From sequence record NC_054925.1: a DNA stretch of 64,000 nucleotides; one strand, written 5' to 3'. Both the position numbers and the translations under genes were made by a program. The first letter of the stretch is position 1; every line of letters starts with the position of its first letter. This DNA comes from Escherichia phage vB_EcoM_NBG2. The notes under the pieces were generated by a model that ran no database searches, was not told the DNA's origin, and saw nothing but the letters and a program-made list of their open reading frames with translations. This document shows positions 19,985-37,313 of the stretch, in pieces.

Positions 19985-20643
19985 TGAGTTTACTTAATAA
20001 TAAAGCGGGAGTTATTTCCCGCTTAGCAGATTTTCTTGGTTTTAGAACTAAGAAAAATGATATTTCGGTTATGAATAATCAGCCAGTAGGCGCTGTAACA
20101 ATTTCACAAATAGCAAAAGGTTTTTATGACCCAAATGTAGAATCTGCTATCAATGATGTTAGAAATATGGCAGAGCAACAAGTTGGAGCTGTATTAGTTA
20201 ATATAAGCGGCGTATCTCCTACTGGCGTGCAGCAAACAGACTATTGGTCATTTGAAGGAACTGTCAATGATACTTCAGCCAAACCAGGTGACCCAGTTAT
20301 TGTTAACATGTTTGGCATTCCTGTTAAAGCTACTAATGGAATGACTTCAATCGAATTTACCAGTGCCGTTAGAACAGCTCTGCAGGAAATGGTTGCAAAA
20401 TTTATTGCAATTGATTCATTTGAAGACCATCCTACCATAGGAAATAAAATACAAGTTAAGTATTTAGATAACCAAGAACATATCTTAGAACAATACTCTG
20501 ATAAAGGAATTACTTTCAAACAAGAAATAATTTCTCCTTCTAAACCTGGATACGGAACTTGGCAATTATTAGGTGCGCAAACTGTCACGCTAGATAGTCA
20601 CACACAACCTACGGTATTTTATTATTTTGAGAGAATAGCATGA
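19984..20643 (+). CDS. 11: baseplate protein gp11, 219 aa
   Basis: Start set to ATG overlapping the gene 10 stop (TAATG), giving 219 aa. Confidence 0.8.
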   Translation: MSLLNNKAGVISRLADFLGFRTKKNDISVMNNQPVGAVTISQIAKGFYDPNVESAINDVRNMAEQQVGAVLVNISGVSPTGVQQTDYWSFEGTVNDTSAKPGDPVIVNMFGIPVKATNGMTSIEFTSAVRTALQEMVAKFIAIDSFEDHPTIGNKIQVKYLDNQEHILEQYSDKGITFKQEIISPSKPGYGTWQLLGAQTVTLDSHTQPTVFYYFERIA

Positions 20644-22196
20644 GTAACAATACATATCAGCACGTATCAAATGAATCAAAATATGTTAAATTCGATCCTA
20701 CTGGATCGAATTTTCCTGACACTGTCACGACAGTGCAGTCTGCATTATCAAAAATAAGTAATATCGGCGTAAATGGTATTCCTGATGCAACTATGGAAGT
20801 TAAAGGAATAGCAATGATTGCGTCAGAGCAAGAGGTTTTAGATGGAACTAATAATTCTAAAATCGTTACACCAGCTACATTAGCAACAAGATTATTGTAT
20901 CCAAATGCTACTGAAACTAAGTATGGTTTAACGCGCTATTCAACAAATGAAGAAACATTAGAAGGCTCAGATAATAATTCATCAATAACGCCGCAAAAAC
21001 TGAAATACCATACTGACGATGTGTTCCAAAATAGATATTCGTCTGAGTCATCAAACGGGGTTATTAAAATATCATCTACACCTGCAGCTTTAGCTGGAGT
21101 TGATGATACTACGGCGATGACTCCATTAAAAACGCAAAAACTTGCAATAAAATTAATTTCACAAATAGCTCCTTCCGAAGATACTGCATCAGAATCTGTG
21201 AGAGGTGTAGTTCAATTATCTACTGTTGCGCAAACTCGTCAAGGAACTCTCCGCGAAGGATATGCAATTTCTCCGTATACCTTTATGAATTCTGTTGCAA
21301 CACAAGAATATAAGGGTGTTATACGTTTAGGAACACAATCGGAAATTAACAGTAATTTAGGAGATGTTGCAGTAACAGGTGAAACACTAAATGGTCGAGG
21401 AGCTACTGGTTCTATGCGTGGGGTGGTAAAATTAACGACGCAAGCCGGTATTGCCCCTGAAGGTGATAGCTCTGGTGCATTAGCATGGAACGCAGATGTA
21501 ATTAATACTCGTGGTGGACAAACTATTAATGGTTCTTTAAATTTAGACCATCTTACAGCAAACGGAATTTGGTCGCGCGGCGGAATGTGGAAAAATGGCG
21601 ATCAACCTGTTGCCACTGAAAGATATGCGTCAGAAAAGGTTCCAGTTGGAACTATTATGATGTTTGCGGGAGATTCAGCACCTCCGGGTTGGATTATGTG
21701 CCATGGTGGAACAGTGTCAGGAGATCAATATCCTGATTATAGAAACACAGTTGGAACAAGATTTGGTGGTGATTGGAATAATCCTGGTATTCCTGATATG
21801 CGAGGTCTTTTCGTCAGAGGAGCCGGCACGGGCGGTCATATTTTAAATCAACGAGGACAAGATGGTTATGGGAAGGATAGACTTGGTGTAGGATGTGACG
21901 GAATGCATGTTGGTGGCGTTCAGGCACAACAAATGTCATACCATAAACATGTTGGTGCCTGGGGGGAAAATGGAAATAACAGAGGTTATGCACCGTTTGG
22001 CGCATCTAATGGCAGTGGATATTTAGGCAATGGTAGAAGCGCCGACTGGGACAACCATTTGTTCTTTACTAACGACGGATTTGAAATGGGTGGTGCTCGT
22101 GACTCGTTTGGCACGTTAAACCGTGAAGGATTAATTGGTTATGAAACTAGACCATGGAATATATCATTAAACTATATTATTAAAGTTCATTACTAA
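20640..22196 (+). CDS. 12: short tail fiber protein gp12, 518 aa
   Basis: Size, synteny, Gly/Asn-rich receptor-binding C-terminus. Confidence 0.85.
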   Translation: MSNNTYQHVSNESKYVKFDPTGSNFPDTVTTVQSALSKISNIGVNGIPDATMEVKGIAMIASEQEVLDGTNNSKIVTPATLATRLLYPNATETKYGLTRYSTNEETLEGSDNNSSITPQKLKYHTDDVFQNRYSSESSNGVIKISSTPAALAGVDDTTAMTPLKTQKLAIKLISQIAPSEDTASESVRGVVQLSTVAQTRQGTLREGYAISPYTFMNSVATQEYKGVIRLGTQSEINSNLGDVAVTGETLNGRGATGSMRGVVKLTTQAGIAPEGDSSGALAWNADVINTRGGQTINGSLNLDHLTANGIWSRGGMWKNGDQPVATERYASEKVPVGTIMMFAGDSAPPGWIMCHGGTVSGDQYPDYRNTVGTRFGGDWNNPGIPDMRGLFVRGAGTGGHILNQRGQDGYGKDRLGVGCDGMHVGGVQAQQMSYHKHVGAWGENGNNRGYAPFGASNGSGYLGNGRSADWDNHLFFTNDGFEMGGARDSFGTLNREGLIGYETRPWNISLNYIIKVHY

Positions 22197-22205
22197 GGAT
22201 TACAA

Positions 22206-23663
22206 ATGATTGAATTAAAAGAGTTACCTTTTGTTGATAGCGTTCCTGGCGAAGGTCAGGAACGTATTTCATGGATTAAAAATGGTGAAGAAATATTAGG
22301 AGCTAGTACTAAGTATGGAAACGATGGGTCAATGAATAGACCAACTGTTTCCGTGTTTAAAAATGTCGAGGTTCTCGACGAAAATGTAGGAATTCTTAAA
22401 ACTGCCATTGAAACATCTCAGGAAGATATTAAAACAATTCAAGGAGTTTTAGATGTATCAGGAGATATAGAAGCACTATCGCAGATCAGCATTAATAAAA
22501 ATGATATATCAAATTTAAAGACACTTACTAATGAACACACTGATATATTAACTGGAACTAATAATACAGTTGATAATATTCTTTCTGATATTGGTCCATT
22601 TAATTCGCAAGCAAATTCAGTTTATAGAACGATTAGAAATGATTTGTTATGGATTAAAAGAGAATTAGGACAATATGCTGGGCAAGACATTAATGGTCTT
22701 CCTGTTGTAGGAAATAGCAGCACGGGTATGAAGCACCGCATCATTAATAATACAGATGCTATAACTTCCCAAGGAATACGTCTAAGTGATTTGGAAGAAA
22801 AATTTATTGAATCTGATGTAGGTTCACTGACAATTGAAGTCGGAAATCTTAGACAAGAACTTGGACAAAGACCATCTTCATTCAGTGAAAGCATATATTC
22901 ACGTGTTCATAATTTAGATCAATCGCAGATTAATCTTAGTTCCGAAATTAAATCTATCAAAACTTCTATTGGATATCCAGGAAATACTTCAATAATCACA
23001 GATGTTAACACTAATACACGAGAAGTTTCAGCTTTAAATGATGAACTAAATAAAAGCGGAGGTATTAAACAACGATTGACTGTCATTGAAACGTCAATTG
23101 GCTCAGATGATATTCCTTCTAGTATTAAAGGTAGAATTAAAGATAATACCACATCAATTGAGTTTTTAAATGGAATTGTTGGTGAAAACACTTCATCTGG
23201 ACTACGAGCAAACGTTTCATGGCTAAACCAAATCGTTGGAACTGATTCTAGTGGAGGTCAGCCTTCTCCTCCTGGGTCTCTTTTAAATAGGGTTTCAACT
23301 GTTGAAACTTCAGTTAATAGACTGAACAATGATGTTCAAAACTTACAAGTTGAAATTGGTAATAACACTACTGGAATTAAAGGCCAAGTTGTTGCACTAA
23401 ATAAACTAGTAAGCGGCACAAATCCAAATGGTTCAACAGTAGAAGAGCGCGGATTAACTAATTCAATAAAAGCTAATGAAACTAACATTTCTTCTATTAA
23501 TCAAGAAATGCGTAGTATTAAAAGTAATGTATCTTCATTACAGGGGGATGTTCAGACTTTACAGGAAGCAGGTTATATCCCTGAAGCTCCAAAAGATGGC
23601 CAAGCTTACGTTCGTAAAGACGGCGAATGGGTACTACTTTCTACCTTTTTATCACCAGCATAA
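22206..23663 (+). CDS. wac: fibritin (whisker antigen control), 485 aa
   Basis: C-terminal foldon [27 protein letters not shown]; coiled-coil body. Confidence 0.9.
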   Translation: MIELKELPFVDSVPGEGQERISWIKNGEEILGASTKYGNDGSMNRPTVSVFKNVEVLDENVGILKTAIETSQEDIKTIQGVLDVSGDIEALSQISINKNDISNLKTLTNEHTDILTGTNNTVDNILSDIGPFNSQANSVYRTIRNDLLWIKRELGQYAGQDINGLPVVGNSSTGMKHRIINNTDAITSQGIRLSDLEEKFIESDVGSLTIEVGNLRQELGQRPSSFSESIYSRVHNLDQSQINLSSEIKSIKTSIGYPGNTSIITDVNTNTREVSALNDELNKSGGIKQRLTVIETSIGSDDIPSSIKGRIKDNTTSIEFLNGIVGENTSSGLRANVSWLNQIVGTDSSGGQPSPPGSLLNRVSTVETSVNRLNNDVQNLQVEIGNNTTGIKGQVVALNKLVSGTNPNGSTVEERGLTNSIKANETNISSINQEMRSIKSNVSSLQGDVQTLQEAGYIPEAPKDGQAYVRKDGEWVLLSTFLSPA

Positions 23664-23666
23664 CAT

Positions 23667-23682
23667 GGGGCCGCAAGGCCCC
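23667..23682 (+). terminator. stem-loop GGGGCCGCAAGGCCCC after wac; weak U-tract
   Basis: Seen directly; followed by aaaggattttt. Confidence 0.4.
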
Positions 23683-23695
23683 AAAGGATTTTTAA

Positions 23696-25397
<1,702 letters not shown>

Positions 25398-25438
25398 TAA
25401 ATATTATAAACTAATTAAAGCCCAGATTAGGAGAAATC

Positions 25439-28579
<3,141 letters not shown>

Positions 28580-28607
28580 TATTAAAGCATATTAAAGAGG
28601 ATTAAAA

Positions 28608-30587
28608 ATGACTTTATTATCTCCGGGCATTGAGCTCAAAGAAACTACGGTTCAAAGCACCGTGGTTAATAACTCTACTGGTACAGCAGCTTTGGCCGGT
28701 AAATTCCAGTGGGGTCCTGCTTTTCAGATCAAACAGGTTACAAATGAAGTAGATTTAGTTAATACTTTTGGTCAACCTACAGCTGAAACTGCTGACTATT
28801 TTATGTCTGCAATGAATTTCTTACAATATGGAAATGATTTGCGAGTTGTGCGTGCTGTCGATAGAGATACCGCTAAAAACTCATCTCCGATTGCTGGTAA
28901 TATTGAATACACTATTTCTACCCCAGGTAGTAACTACGCGGTTGGAGATAAAATCACAGTTAAGTATGTTTCAGAAGACATTGAAACGGAAGGTAAAATT
29001 ACCGAAGTAGATGCTGATGGAAAAATTAAGAAAATTAATATTCCTACCGCAAAAATTATCGCTAAAGCGAAAGAAGTCGGTGAATATCCAGCATTAGGTT
29101 CTAACTGGACCGCGGAAATTTCTTCGTCTTCCTCTGGTTTAGCTGCAGTAATAACTCTTGGAAAAATTATTACTGATTCTGGTATTTTATTAGCTGAAAT
29201 TGAAAATGCCGAAGCTGCTATGACAGCGGTTGAATTTCAAACAAATCTCGAAAAATATGGAATTCCAGGAGTAGTAGCTCTTTATCCAGGCGAGTTGGGC
29301 GATAAAATCGAAATCGAAATCGTATCTAAAGCTGACTACGCAAAAGGAGCTTCTGCATTACTCCCAATTTATCCAGGTGGCGGAACACGCGCATCTACTG
29401 CCAAAGCAGTGTTTGGATATGGACCACAAACTGATTCGCAATACGCTATTATAGTTCGTCGTAATGATGCTATTGTTCAAAGCGTTGTTCTTTCAACAAA
29501 GCGTGGTGAAAAAGATATTTACGATAGTAACATCTACATTGATGACTTTTTCGCAAAAGGCGGTTCAGAATATATTTTCGCAACTGCACAAAACTGGCCA
29601 GAAGGATTCTCTGGAATTTTAACTCTGTCTGGTGGATTATCATCAAATGCTGAAGTAACAGCAGGAGATTTGATGGAAGCTTGGGACTTCTTTGCTGACC
29701 GTGAATCTGTTGACGTTCAGTTGTTTATTGCGGGTTCTTGTGCCGGTGAATCTTTAGAAACAGCATCTACTGTCCAAAAACACGTCGTTTCAATTGGGGA
29801 TGCTCGCCAGGATTGCTTAGTATTGTGCTCACCACCGCGCGAAACTGTAGTTGGAATTCCTGTAACTCGCGCTGTTGATAACTTAGTCAATTGGAGAACC
29901 GCAACAGGTTCATACACTGATAATAACTTTAATATCAGTTCAACCTACGCAGCAATTGATGGTAACTACAAATATCAGTATGACAAATATAATGATGTCA
30001 ATCGCTGGGTTCCATTAGCAGCTGATATTGCCGGTTTATGTGCAAGAACCGATAACGTTTCTCAGACTTGGATGTCTCCAGCTGGTTATAATCGCGGCCA
30101 GATTCTTAACGTTATTAAACTTGCTATTGAAACTCGCCAAGCTCAGCGCGACCGTTTATATCAAGAAGCTATCAACCCAGTAACTGGTACAGGTGGTGAT
30201 GGTTACGTATTATATGGTGATAAAACAGCTACTTCTGTTCCTTCTCCATTTGATCGTATTAACGTTCGTCGTCTGTTTAATATGTTGAAAACGAATATCG
30301 GACGTAGTTCAAAATATCGTTTGTTCGAATTAAACAACGCGTTTACTCGTTCATCATTCCGCACAGAAACTGCCCAATACTTACAGGGAATTAAAGCTCT
30401 CGGTGGAATTTATGAATATCGTGTAGTTTGCGATACAACAAATAACACTCCGTCAGTAATTGATAGAAATGAGTTTGTTGCAACATTCTACATCCAACCG
30501 GCTCGTAGTATAAATTATATCCAACTTAATTTCGTCGCAACTGCTACTGGTGCAGATTTTGATGAGTTAACTGGTCTTGCAGGTTAA
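28608..30587 (+). CDS. 18: tail sheath protein gp18, 659 aa
   Basis: Size and synteny. Confidence 0.9.
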   Translation: MTLLSPGIELKETTVQSTVVNNSTGTAALAGKFQWGPAFQIKQVTNEVDLVNTFGQPTAETADYFMSAMNFLQYGNDLRVVRAVDRDTAKNSSPIAGNIEYTISTPGSNYAVGDKITVKYVSEDIETEGKITEVDADGKIKKINIPTAKIIAKAKEVGEYPALGSNWTAEISSSSSGLAAVITLGKIITDSGILLAEIENAEAAMTAVEFQTNLEKYGIPGVVALYPGELGDKIEIEIVSKADYAKGASALLPIYPGGGTRASTAKAVFGYGPQTDSQYAIIVRRNDAIVQSVVLSTKRGEKDIYDSNIYIDDFFAKGGSEYIFATAQNWPEGFSGILTLSGGLSSNAEVTAGDLMEAWDFFADRESVDVQLFIAGSCAGESLETASTVQKHVVSIGDARQDCLVLCSPPRETVVGIPVTRAVDNLVNWRTATGSYTDNNFNISSTYAAIDGNYKYQYDKYNDVNRWVPLAADIAGLCARTDNVSQTWMSPAGYNRGQILNVIKLAIETRQAQRDRLYQEAINPVTGTGGDGYVLYGDKTATSVPSPFDRINVRRLFNMLKTNIGRSSKYRLFELNNAFTRSSFRTETAQYLQGIKALGGIYEYRVVCDTTNNTPSVIDRNEFVATFYIQPARSINYIQLNFVATATGADFDELTGLAG

Positions 30588-30595
30588 TTGATTAT

Positions 30596-30609
30596 GGGGC
30601 TTCGGCCCC
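30596..30609 (+). terminator. stem-loop GGGGC-UUCG-GCCCC immediately after gene 18
   Basis: UUCG tetraloop hairpin; no strong U-tract. Confidence 0.4.
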
Positions 30610-30674
30610 TATTCTCGAGGAAACAAGTGATTATTTCTAAGTTTGTTACAATAAAACCAAGAAATCATTCAAAA

Positions 30675-31232
30675 ATGTGGTCGACAATTCTGGGATATAA
30701 AGTATCATATCATGATACAGTATCTGTTCCAATAGAATTAATGCCAAAGAATAGTAATAAAATAGTTGACGCTAAGTGTGATTTGTGTGGTATTAAATTT
30801 AGTAGAAGCATTCAGCTTTTAAATAGAACACCCACGCATGCATGTAGAAAATGTAGCATTAAACAAGTTGCTATTAAAAATTCGGAAGTTCAATCTGGAA
30901 TAAGCAGACCATGGCAAAGAGGTGATAAACATCCTCGATGGACTGGTAAAAGAAAAGAGTTTGCATTATATGCTAGTAGAGTTCATTCTATAACTAAGTC
31001 AGCTAAAATAAGAAAAATCTGGTCAAAATGGCCGAATGCTGATAAAATAGGAGTGTGTGGTACAAAAGGTGCTTACCAACTCGATCATAAGGTATCTATC
31101 AAATATGGATTTGATAATTTAATTCCGCCGGAAATTATAGCAAGCGTAAAAAATTTAGAAATAATCACTTGGGAATCTAACCGAGAAAAGTCAAAAAGAA
31201 ATAGCGTAGATCTTTGGGATTTACTAGAATGA
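30675..31232 (+). CDS. HNH-family homing endonuclease-like protein (start uncertain; track ORF begins at 30588)
   Basis: Cys pairs CDLCG...CRKCS followed by YQLDHKVSIKYGFDN...NLEIITWESN, an HNH-like motif; sits between genes 18 and 19. Confidence 0.55.
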   Translation: MWSTILGYKVSYHDTVSVPIELMPKNSNKIVDAKCDLCGIKFSRSIQLLNRTPTHACRKCSIKQVAIKNSEVQSGISRPWQRGDKHPRWTGKRKEFALYASRVHSITKSAKIRKIWSKWPNADKIGVCGTKGAYQLDHKVSIKYGFDNLIPPEIIASVKNLEIITWESNREKSKRNSVDLWDLLE

Positions 31233-31239
31233 TTCTAAA

Positions 31240-31257
31240 GGCCTGTTTCGGCAGGCC
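31240..31257 (+). terminator. stem-loop GGCCTG...CAGGCC after the HNH ORF
   Basis: 6-bp stem seen directly; no U-tract. Confidence 0.35.
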
Positions 31258-31258
31258 A

Positions 31259-31266
31259 TATAAATA
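31259..31266 (+). promoter_or_regulatory. T4 late promoter TATAAATA (distal, upstream of gene 19)
   Basis: Exact octamer. Confidence 0.45.
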
Positions 31267-31317
31267 CACTATATCCTTAATTCTTTAATTCTATATGCCC
31301 TAGGTTAAACATAGGGA

Positions 31318-31325
31318 TATAAATA
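31318..31325 (+). promoter_or_regulatory. T4 late promoter TATAAATA (proximal) for gene 19
   Basis: Exact octamer 15 nt upstream of the gp19 ATG. Confidence 0.55.
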
Positions 31326-31339
31326 CTACAGAGGCTAAT

Positions 31340-31831
31340 ATGTTTGTAGATGATGTAACACGAGCGTTTGAATCTGGTGATTTTGCTCGACCTAACTTAT
31401 TCCAAGTAGAAATTTCTTATCTTGGACAAAATTTTACGTTTCAATGCAAAGCCACTGCTTTACCAGCTGGTATTGTAGAAAAAATTCCAGTCGGATTTAT
31501 GAACCGTAAAATTAACGTAGCAGGCGATCGTACATTCGATGACTGGACTATTACAGTAATGAATGATGAGGCACATGATGCACGCCAGAAGTTTGTTGAC
31601 TGGCAAAGCATTGCTGCTGGGCAAGGAAACGAAATTACTGGTGGAAAACCAGCAGAGTATAAAAAGAGTGCTATTGTACGCCAATATGCTCGTGACGCTA
31701 AAACTGTAACAAAAGAAGTCGAAATTAAAGGCCTGTGGCCTACTAACGTGGGTGAACTTCAGTTAGATTGGGATTCAAACAATGAAATCCAAACCTTTGA
31801 AGTAACTCTCGCTCTCGATTATTGGGAATAA
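31340..31831 (+). CDS. 19: tail tube protein gp19, 163 aa
   Basis: Size and synteny. Confidence 0.85.
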   Translation: MFVDDVTRAFESGDFARPNLFQVEISYLGQNFTFQCKATALPAGIVEKIPVGFMNRKINVAGDRTFDDWTITVMNDEAHDARQKFVDWQSIAAGQGNEITGGKPAEYKKSAIVRQYARDAKTVTKEVEIKGLWPTNVGELQLDWDSNNEIQTFEVTLALDYWE

Positions 31832-31835
31832 AATG

Positions 31836-31853
31836 AATGGGGAGAAATCCCCA
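31836..31853 (+). terminator. stem-loop AUGGGGA-GAAA-UCCCCAU after gene 19
   Basis: 7-bp stem with GNRA loop. Confidence 0.4.
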
Positions 31854-31863
31854 TCCTGCTTAA

Positions 31864-33488
<1,625 letters not shown>

Positions 33489-33489
<1 letters not shown>

Positions 33490-33743
33490 TGGAAGGTTTA
33501 ATTGAAGCTATTAAATCAAACGACCTCGTAGCCGCTCGTAAATTATTTGCTGAAGCCATGGCTGCAAGAACGATTGATTTAATTAAAGAAGAAAAAATTG
33601 CTATCGCTCGTAATTTCTTAATTGAAGGTGAAGAACCTGAAGACGAGGATGAAGATGAAGATGATGACGAAGATAGCGATGATAAAGACGACAAAAAAGA
33701 CAAAGACTCTGATGAAGATGACGAAGACGAGGATGATGAATAA
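33489..33743 (+). CDS. 67: prohead core protein gp67, 84 aa, acidic C-terminus
   Basis: Asp/Glu-rich tail, position between 20 and 68. Confidence 0.7.
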
Positions 33744-34168
33744 TGCTTCTGATCCCTGAAACTCATGAATTAGTTCTCGAGAATGTCGAAGCACTTATTC
33801 CTGAAGCACAGGGTCGCTTTGACGAATTGTCTTCTGCTTTAAATAAAGACGATATAAATACAATTGTCGAGAATATGCTTGATGATGAAACTGATTTAGC
33901 GGTTGCATTAGCTTCTATTAATGAAAATATGCCGTTAAATGAATTTATCGTTAAACATGTTTCTGCCCGTGGTGAAATTACTCGCACTAAAGATCGCAAA
34001 ACCCGCGAACGTAATGCATTTCAAACTACCGGGTTGTCTAAAGCAAAACGTAGACAAATTGCTCGTAAAGCTACCAAAACGAAGATTGCCAATCCAGCAG
34101 GTCAATCTCGTGCTCAGCGTAAGCGTAAAAAAGCTCTTAAACGCCGTAAAGCATTAGGATTAAGCTAA
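33743..34168 (+). CDS. 68: prohead core protein gp68, 141 aa
   Basis: Size and synteny. Confidence 0.7.
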
Positions 34169-34806
34169 TGAATGAACCCCAATTACTAATTGAAACTTGG
34201 GGTCAACCTGGCGAAATTATTGATGGCGTACCAATGCTTGAATCTCATGATGGAAAAGACTTAGGTTTAAAACCGGGTTTATACATCGAAGGAATATTCA
34301 TGCAAGCGGAAGTCGTCAATAGAAATAAACGTCTTTATCCAAAACGTATATTAGAAAAAGCGGTAAAAGACTATATTAATGAGCAAGTTTTAACTAAACA
34401 AGCTCTCGGAGAATTAAATCATCCTCCACGCGCTAATGTTGACCCGATGCAAGCCGCTATCATTATAGAAGATATGTGGTGGAAAGGAAATGACGTATAC
34501 GGACGAGCTCGTGTTATTGAAGGTGACCACGGTCCTGGAGATAAATTAGCAGCTAATATTCGTGCCGGATGGATTCCAGGAGTTTCTTCTCGTGGATTAG
34601 GTTCATTGACTGACACAAATAAAGGTTATCGTATCGTAAACGAAGGATTCAAATTAACTGTAGGTGTTGATGCAGTATGGGGTCCAAGTGCTCCAGATGC
34701 ATGGGTAACTCCTAAGGAAATTACCGAATCACAGACGGCGGAAGCCGATACAAGTGCCGATGACGCCTATATGGCTCTCGCAGAGGCCATGAAAAAAGCG
34801 TTATAA
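34168..34806 (+). CDS. 21: prohead core protease gp21, 212 aa
   Basis: Size and synteny. Confidence 0.9.
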   Translation: MNEPQLLIETWGQPGEIIDGVPMLESHDGKDLGLKPGLYIEGIFMQAEVVNRNKRLYPKRILEKAVKDYINEQVLTKQALGELNHPPRANVDPMQAAIIIEDMWWKGNDVYGRARVIEGDHGPGDKLAANIRAGWIPGVSSRGLGSLTDTNKGYRIVNEGFKLTVGVDAVWGPSAPDAWVTPKEITESQTAEADTSADDAYMALAEAMKKAL

Positions 34807-34809
34807 ATA
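34802..34809 (+). promoter_or_regulatory. T4 late promoter TATAAATA for gene 22
   Basis: Exact octamer 28 nt upstream of the gp22 ATG. Confidence 0.5.
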
Positions 34810-34836
34810 TTATTATCTAAACAACAGGACTACAAA

Positions 34837-35646
34837 ATGCTTAAAGAACAACTGATTGCCGAAGCGCAGAAAATTGATGCTTCCGTTGCTCTTGATAGTA
34901 TTTTCGAATCAGTTAATATTTCTCCGGAAGCAAAAGAAACTTTCGGCACTGTATTCGAAGCTACCGTCAAGCAGCACGCCGTTAAATTAGCTGAATCTCA
35001 TATCGCTAAAATTGCTGAAAAAGCAGAAGAAGAAGTAGAAAAAAATAAAGAAGAAGCAGAAGAAAAAGCTGAGAAGAAAATCGCTGAGCAAGCTTCTAAA
35101 TTCCTTGACCATCTTGCAAAAGAATGGCTCACTGAAAATAAATTAGCAGTAGATAAAGGTATCAAAGCCGAACTGTTTGAATCCATGCTTGGTGGATTGA
35201 AAGAGCTCTTCGTTGAACACAACGTTGTTGTTCCAGAAGAATCAGTTGATGTTGTAGCTGAAATGGAAGAAGAACTGCAAGAACATAAAGAAGAATCAGC
35301 TCGTCTGTTCGAAGAACTCAATAAGCGTGACGCATATATCAATTATGTGCAGCGTGAAGTGGCATTGAGCGAAAGTACTAAAGATCTGACTGAGTCTCAA
35401 AAAGAAAAAGTCTCTGCTCTGGTCGAAGGTATGGATTATTCAGATGCATTCTCAAGTAAATTGAGTGCAATCGTAGAAATGGTGAAGAAATCTAATAAAG
35501 ATGAAAGCACTATTACTGAGAGTATAAATACTCCTGATACTGAAGCAGCCGGACTGAATTTCGTCACTGAAGCTGTAGAAGATAAAGCTGCACAGGGTGC
35601 AGAAGATATTGTAAGTGTATATGCGAAAGTCGCATCTCGTTTCTAA
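34837..35646 (+). CDS. 22: prohead core scaffold protein gp22, 269 aa
   Basis: Glu/Lys-rich coiled coil; size and synteny. Confidence 0.85.
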   Translation: MLKEQLIAEAQKIDASVALDSIFESVNISPEAKETFGTVFEATVKQHAVKLAESHIAKIAEKAEEEVEKNKEEAEEKAEKKIAEQASKFLDHLAKEWLTENKLAVDKGIKAELFESMLGGLKELFVEHNVVVPEESVDVVAEMEEELQEHKEESARLFEELNKRDAYINYVQREVALSESTKDLTESQKEKVSALVEGMDYSDAFSSKLSAIVEMVKKSNKDESTITESINTPDTEAAGLNFVTEAVEDKAAQGAEDIVSVYAKVASRF

Positions 35647-35664
35647 TTTTAAAGGTTAACACAA

Positions 35665-37230
35665 ATGACTATCAAAACTAAAGCTGAACTTTTGAACAAA
35701 TGGAAGCCATTACTGGAAGGTGAAGGTTTACCGGAAATTGCTAATAGCAAACAAGCGATTATCGCTAAAATCTTTGAAAACCAGGAAAAAGATTTCCAGA
35801 CAGCTCCGGAATATAAAGACGAAAAAATTGCTCAGGCATTCGGTTCTTTCTTAACAGAAGCTGAAATTGGTGGTGACCACGGTTACAATGCTACCAACAT
35901 CGCTGCAGGTCAGACTTCTGGCGCAGTAACCCAGATTGGCCCGGCTGTTATGGGTATGGTACGTCGTGCTATTCCTAACCTGATTGCTTTCGATATTTGT
36001 GGTGTTCAGCCGATGAACAGCCCAACCGGTCAGGTATTCGCACTCCGCGCGGTATATGGTAAAGATCCGATCGCTGCCGGTGCTAAAGAAGCATTCCACC
36101 CAATGTATGGTCCAGATGCAATGTTCTCTGGTCAGGGTGCTGCTAAGAAATTCGCTGCTTTGAAAGCAAGTGATACTCTTGAAGTTGGAACTATTTACAC
36201 CCACTTCTTCCAGGACACTGGTACAGTATATCTGCAAGCTACAGAAGTTAAGCAAATTGATACTAGTGCATCTGACGCAGACAAATTAGATGCTGAAATT
36301 AAGAAACAAATGGAAGCTGGTGTACTGGTAGAAATCGCTGAAGGTATGGCTACTTCTATCGCTGAACTTCAGGAAGGTTTTAACGGTTCTACCGATAACC
36401 CATGGAATGAAATGGGCTTCCGTATCGATAAGCAAGTTATCGAAGCTAAATCTCGTCAGCTGAAAGCTGCTTACTCTATTGAATTAGCACAAGACCTTCG
36501 CGCTGTTCACGGTATGGATGCTGATGCTGAACTGTCTGGTATTCTGGCTACCGAAATTATGCTGGAAATCAACCGCGAAGTTGTTGATTGGATTAACTAC
36601 TCCGCTCAGGTTGGTAAATCTGGTATGACCCTGACTCCTGGTTCTAAAGCTGGTGTATTTGACTTCCAGGACCCAATCGATATTCGTGGTGCTCGCTGGG
36701 CAGGTGAATCCTTTAAAGCTCTGTTGTTCCAGATTGACAAAGAAGCAGTTGAAATTGCTCGTCAGACCGGTCGTGGTGAAGGTAACTTCATTATCGCTTC
36801 CCGTAACGTAGTTAACGTTCTGGCTTCAGTTGATACCGGCATTTCTTATGCTGCACAAGGTCTGGCTACCGGCTTTAACACTGATACTACCAAGTCAGTA
36901 TTTGCTGGTGTTCTGGGTGGTAAATACCGTGTATATATCGACCAGTATGCTAAACAGGATTATTTCACTGTAGGTTATAAAGGTCCGAACGAAATGGATG
37001 CTGGTATTTACTATGCTCCATATGTAGCTCTGACTCCGCTGCGTGGTTCCGATCCGAAGAACTTCCAACCAGTAATGGGATTCAAAACTCGTTACGGTAT
37101 CGGTATCAACCCATTTGCAGAATCCGCTGCTCAGGCTCCGGCTTCTCGCATCCAGAGCGGTATGCCTTCTATTCTGAATAGCCTTGGTAAAAACGCTTAC
37201 TTCCGCCGTGTATATGTTAAAGGTATCTAA
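35665..37230 (+). CDS. 23: major capsid protein gp23, 521 aa
   Basis: Recognised as T4 gp23 by sequence and length. Confidence 0.95.
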   Translation: MTIKTKAELLNKWKPLLEGEGLPEIANSKQAIIAKIFENQEKDFQTAPEYKDEKIAQAFGSFLTEAEIGGDHGYNATNIAAGQTSGAVTQIGPAVMGMVRRAIPNLIAFDICGVQPMNSPTGQVFALRAVYGKDPIAAGAKEAFHPMYGPDAMFSGQGAAKKFAALKASDTLEVGTIYTHFFQDTGTVYLQATEVKQIDTSASDADKLDAEIKKQMEAGVLVEIAEGMATSIAELQEGFNGSTDNPWNEMGFRIDKQVIEAKSRQLKAAYSIELAQDLRAVHGMDADAELSGILATEIMLEINREVVDWINYSAQVGKSGMTLTPGSKAGVFDFQDPIDIRGARWAGESFKALLFQIDKEAVEIARQTGRGEGNFIIASRNVVNVLASVDTGISYAAQGLATGFNTDTTKSVFAGVLGGKYRVYIDQYAKQDYFTVGYKGPNEMDAGIYYAPYVALTPLRGSDPKNFQPVMGFKTRYGIGINPFAESAAQAPASRIQSGMPSILNSLGKNAYFRRVYVKGI

Positions 37231-37244
37231 TCTTTGACGATTTA

Positions 37245-37263
37245 AGGGACCTTCGGGTCCCTT
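37245..37263 (+). terminator. intrinsic terminator after gene 23 (GGGACC-UUCG-GGUCCC plus U-rich tail)
   Basis: Perfect stem with UUCG loop then tttagttgttttt. Confidence 0.6.
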
Positions 37264-37278
37264 TAGTTGTTTTTATGG

Positions 37279-37286
37279 TATAAATA
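37279..37286 (+). promoter_or_regulatory. T4 late promoter TATAAATA for gene 24
   Basis: Exact octamer 28 nt upstream of the gp24 ATG. Confidence 0.55.
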
Positions 37287-37313
37287 AATCATATAAACTG
37301 AAAGGAAAGCGCA

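Noticed and set aside
30588-30674. N-terminal extension of the HNH ORF starting at the gene 18 stop
   Set aside because: The first 29 codons read through the gene 18 terminator hairpin; a downstream Met is more plausible, though the true start is unresolved.
33640-33743. GAT/GAA-rich repetitive DNA
   Set aside because: It is the coding sequence for the Asp/Glu-rich C-terminus of gp67, not a repeat element or CRISPR-like array.
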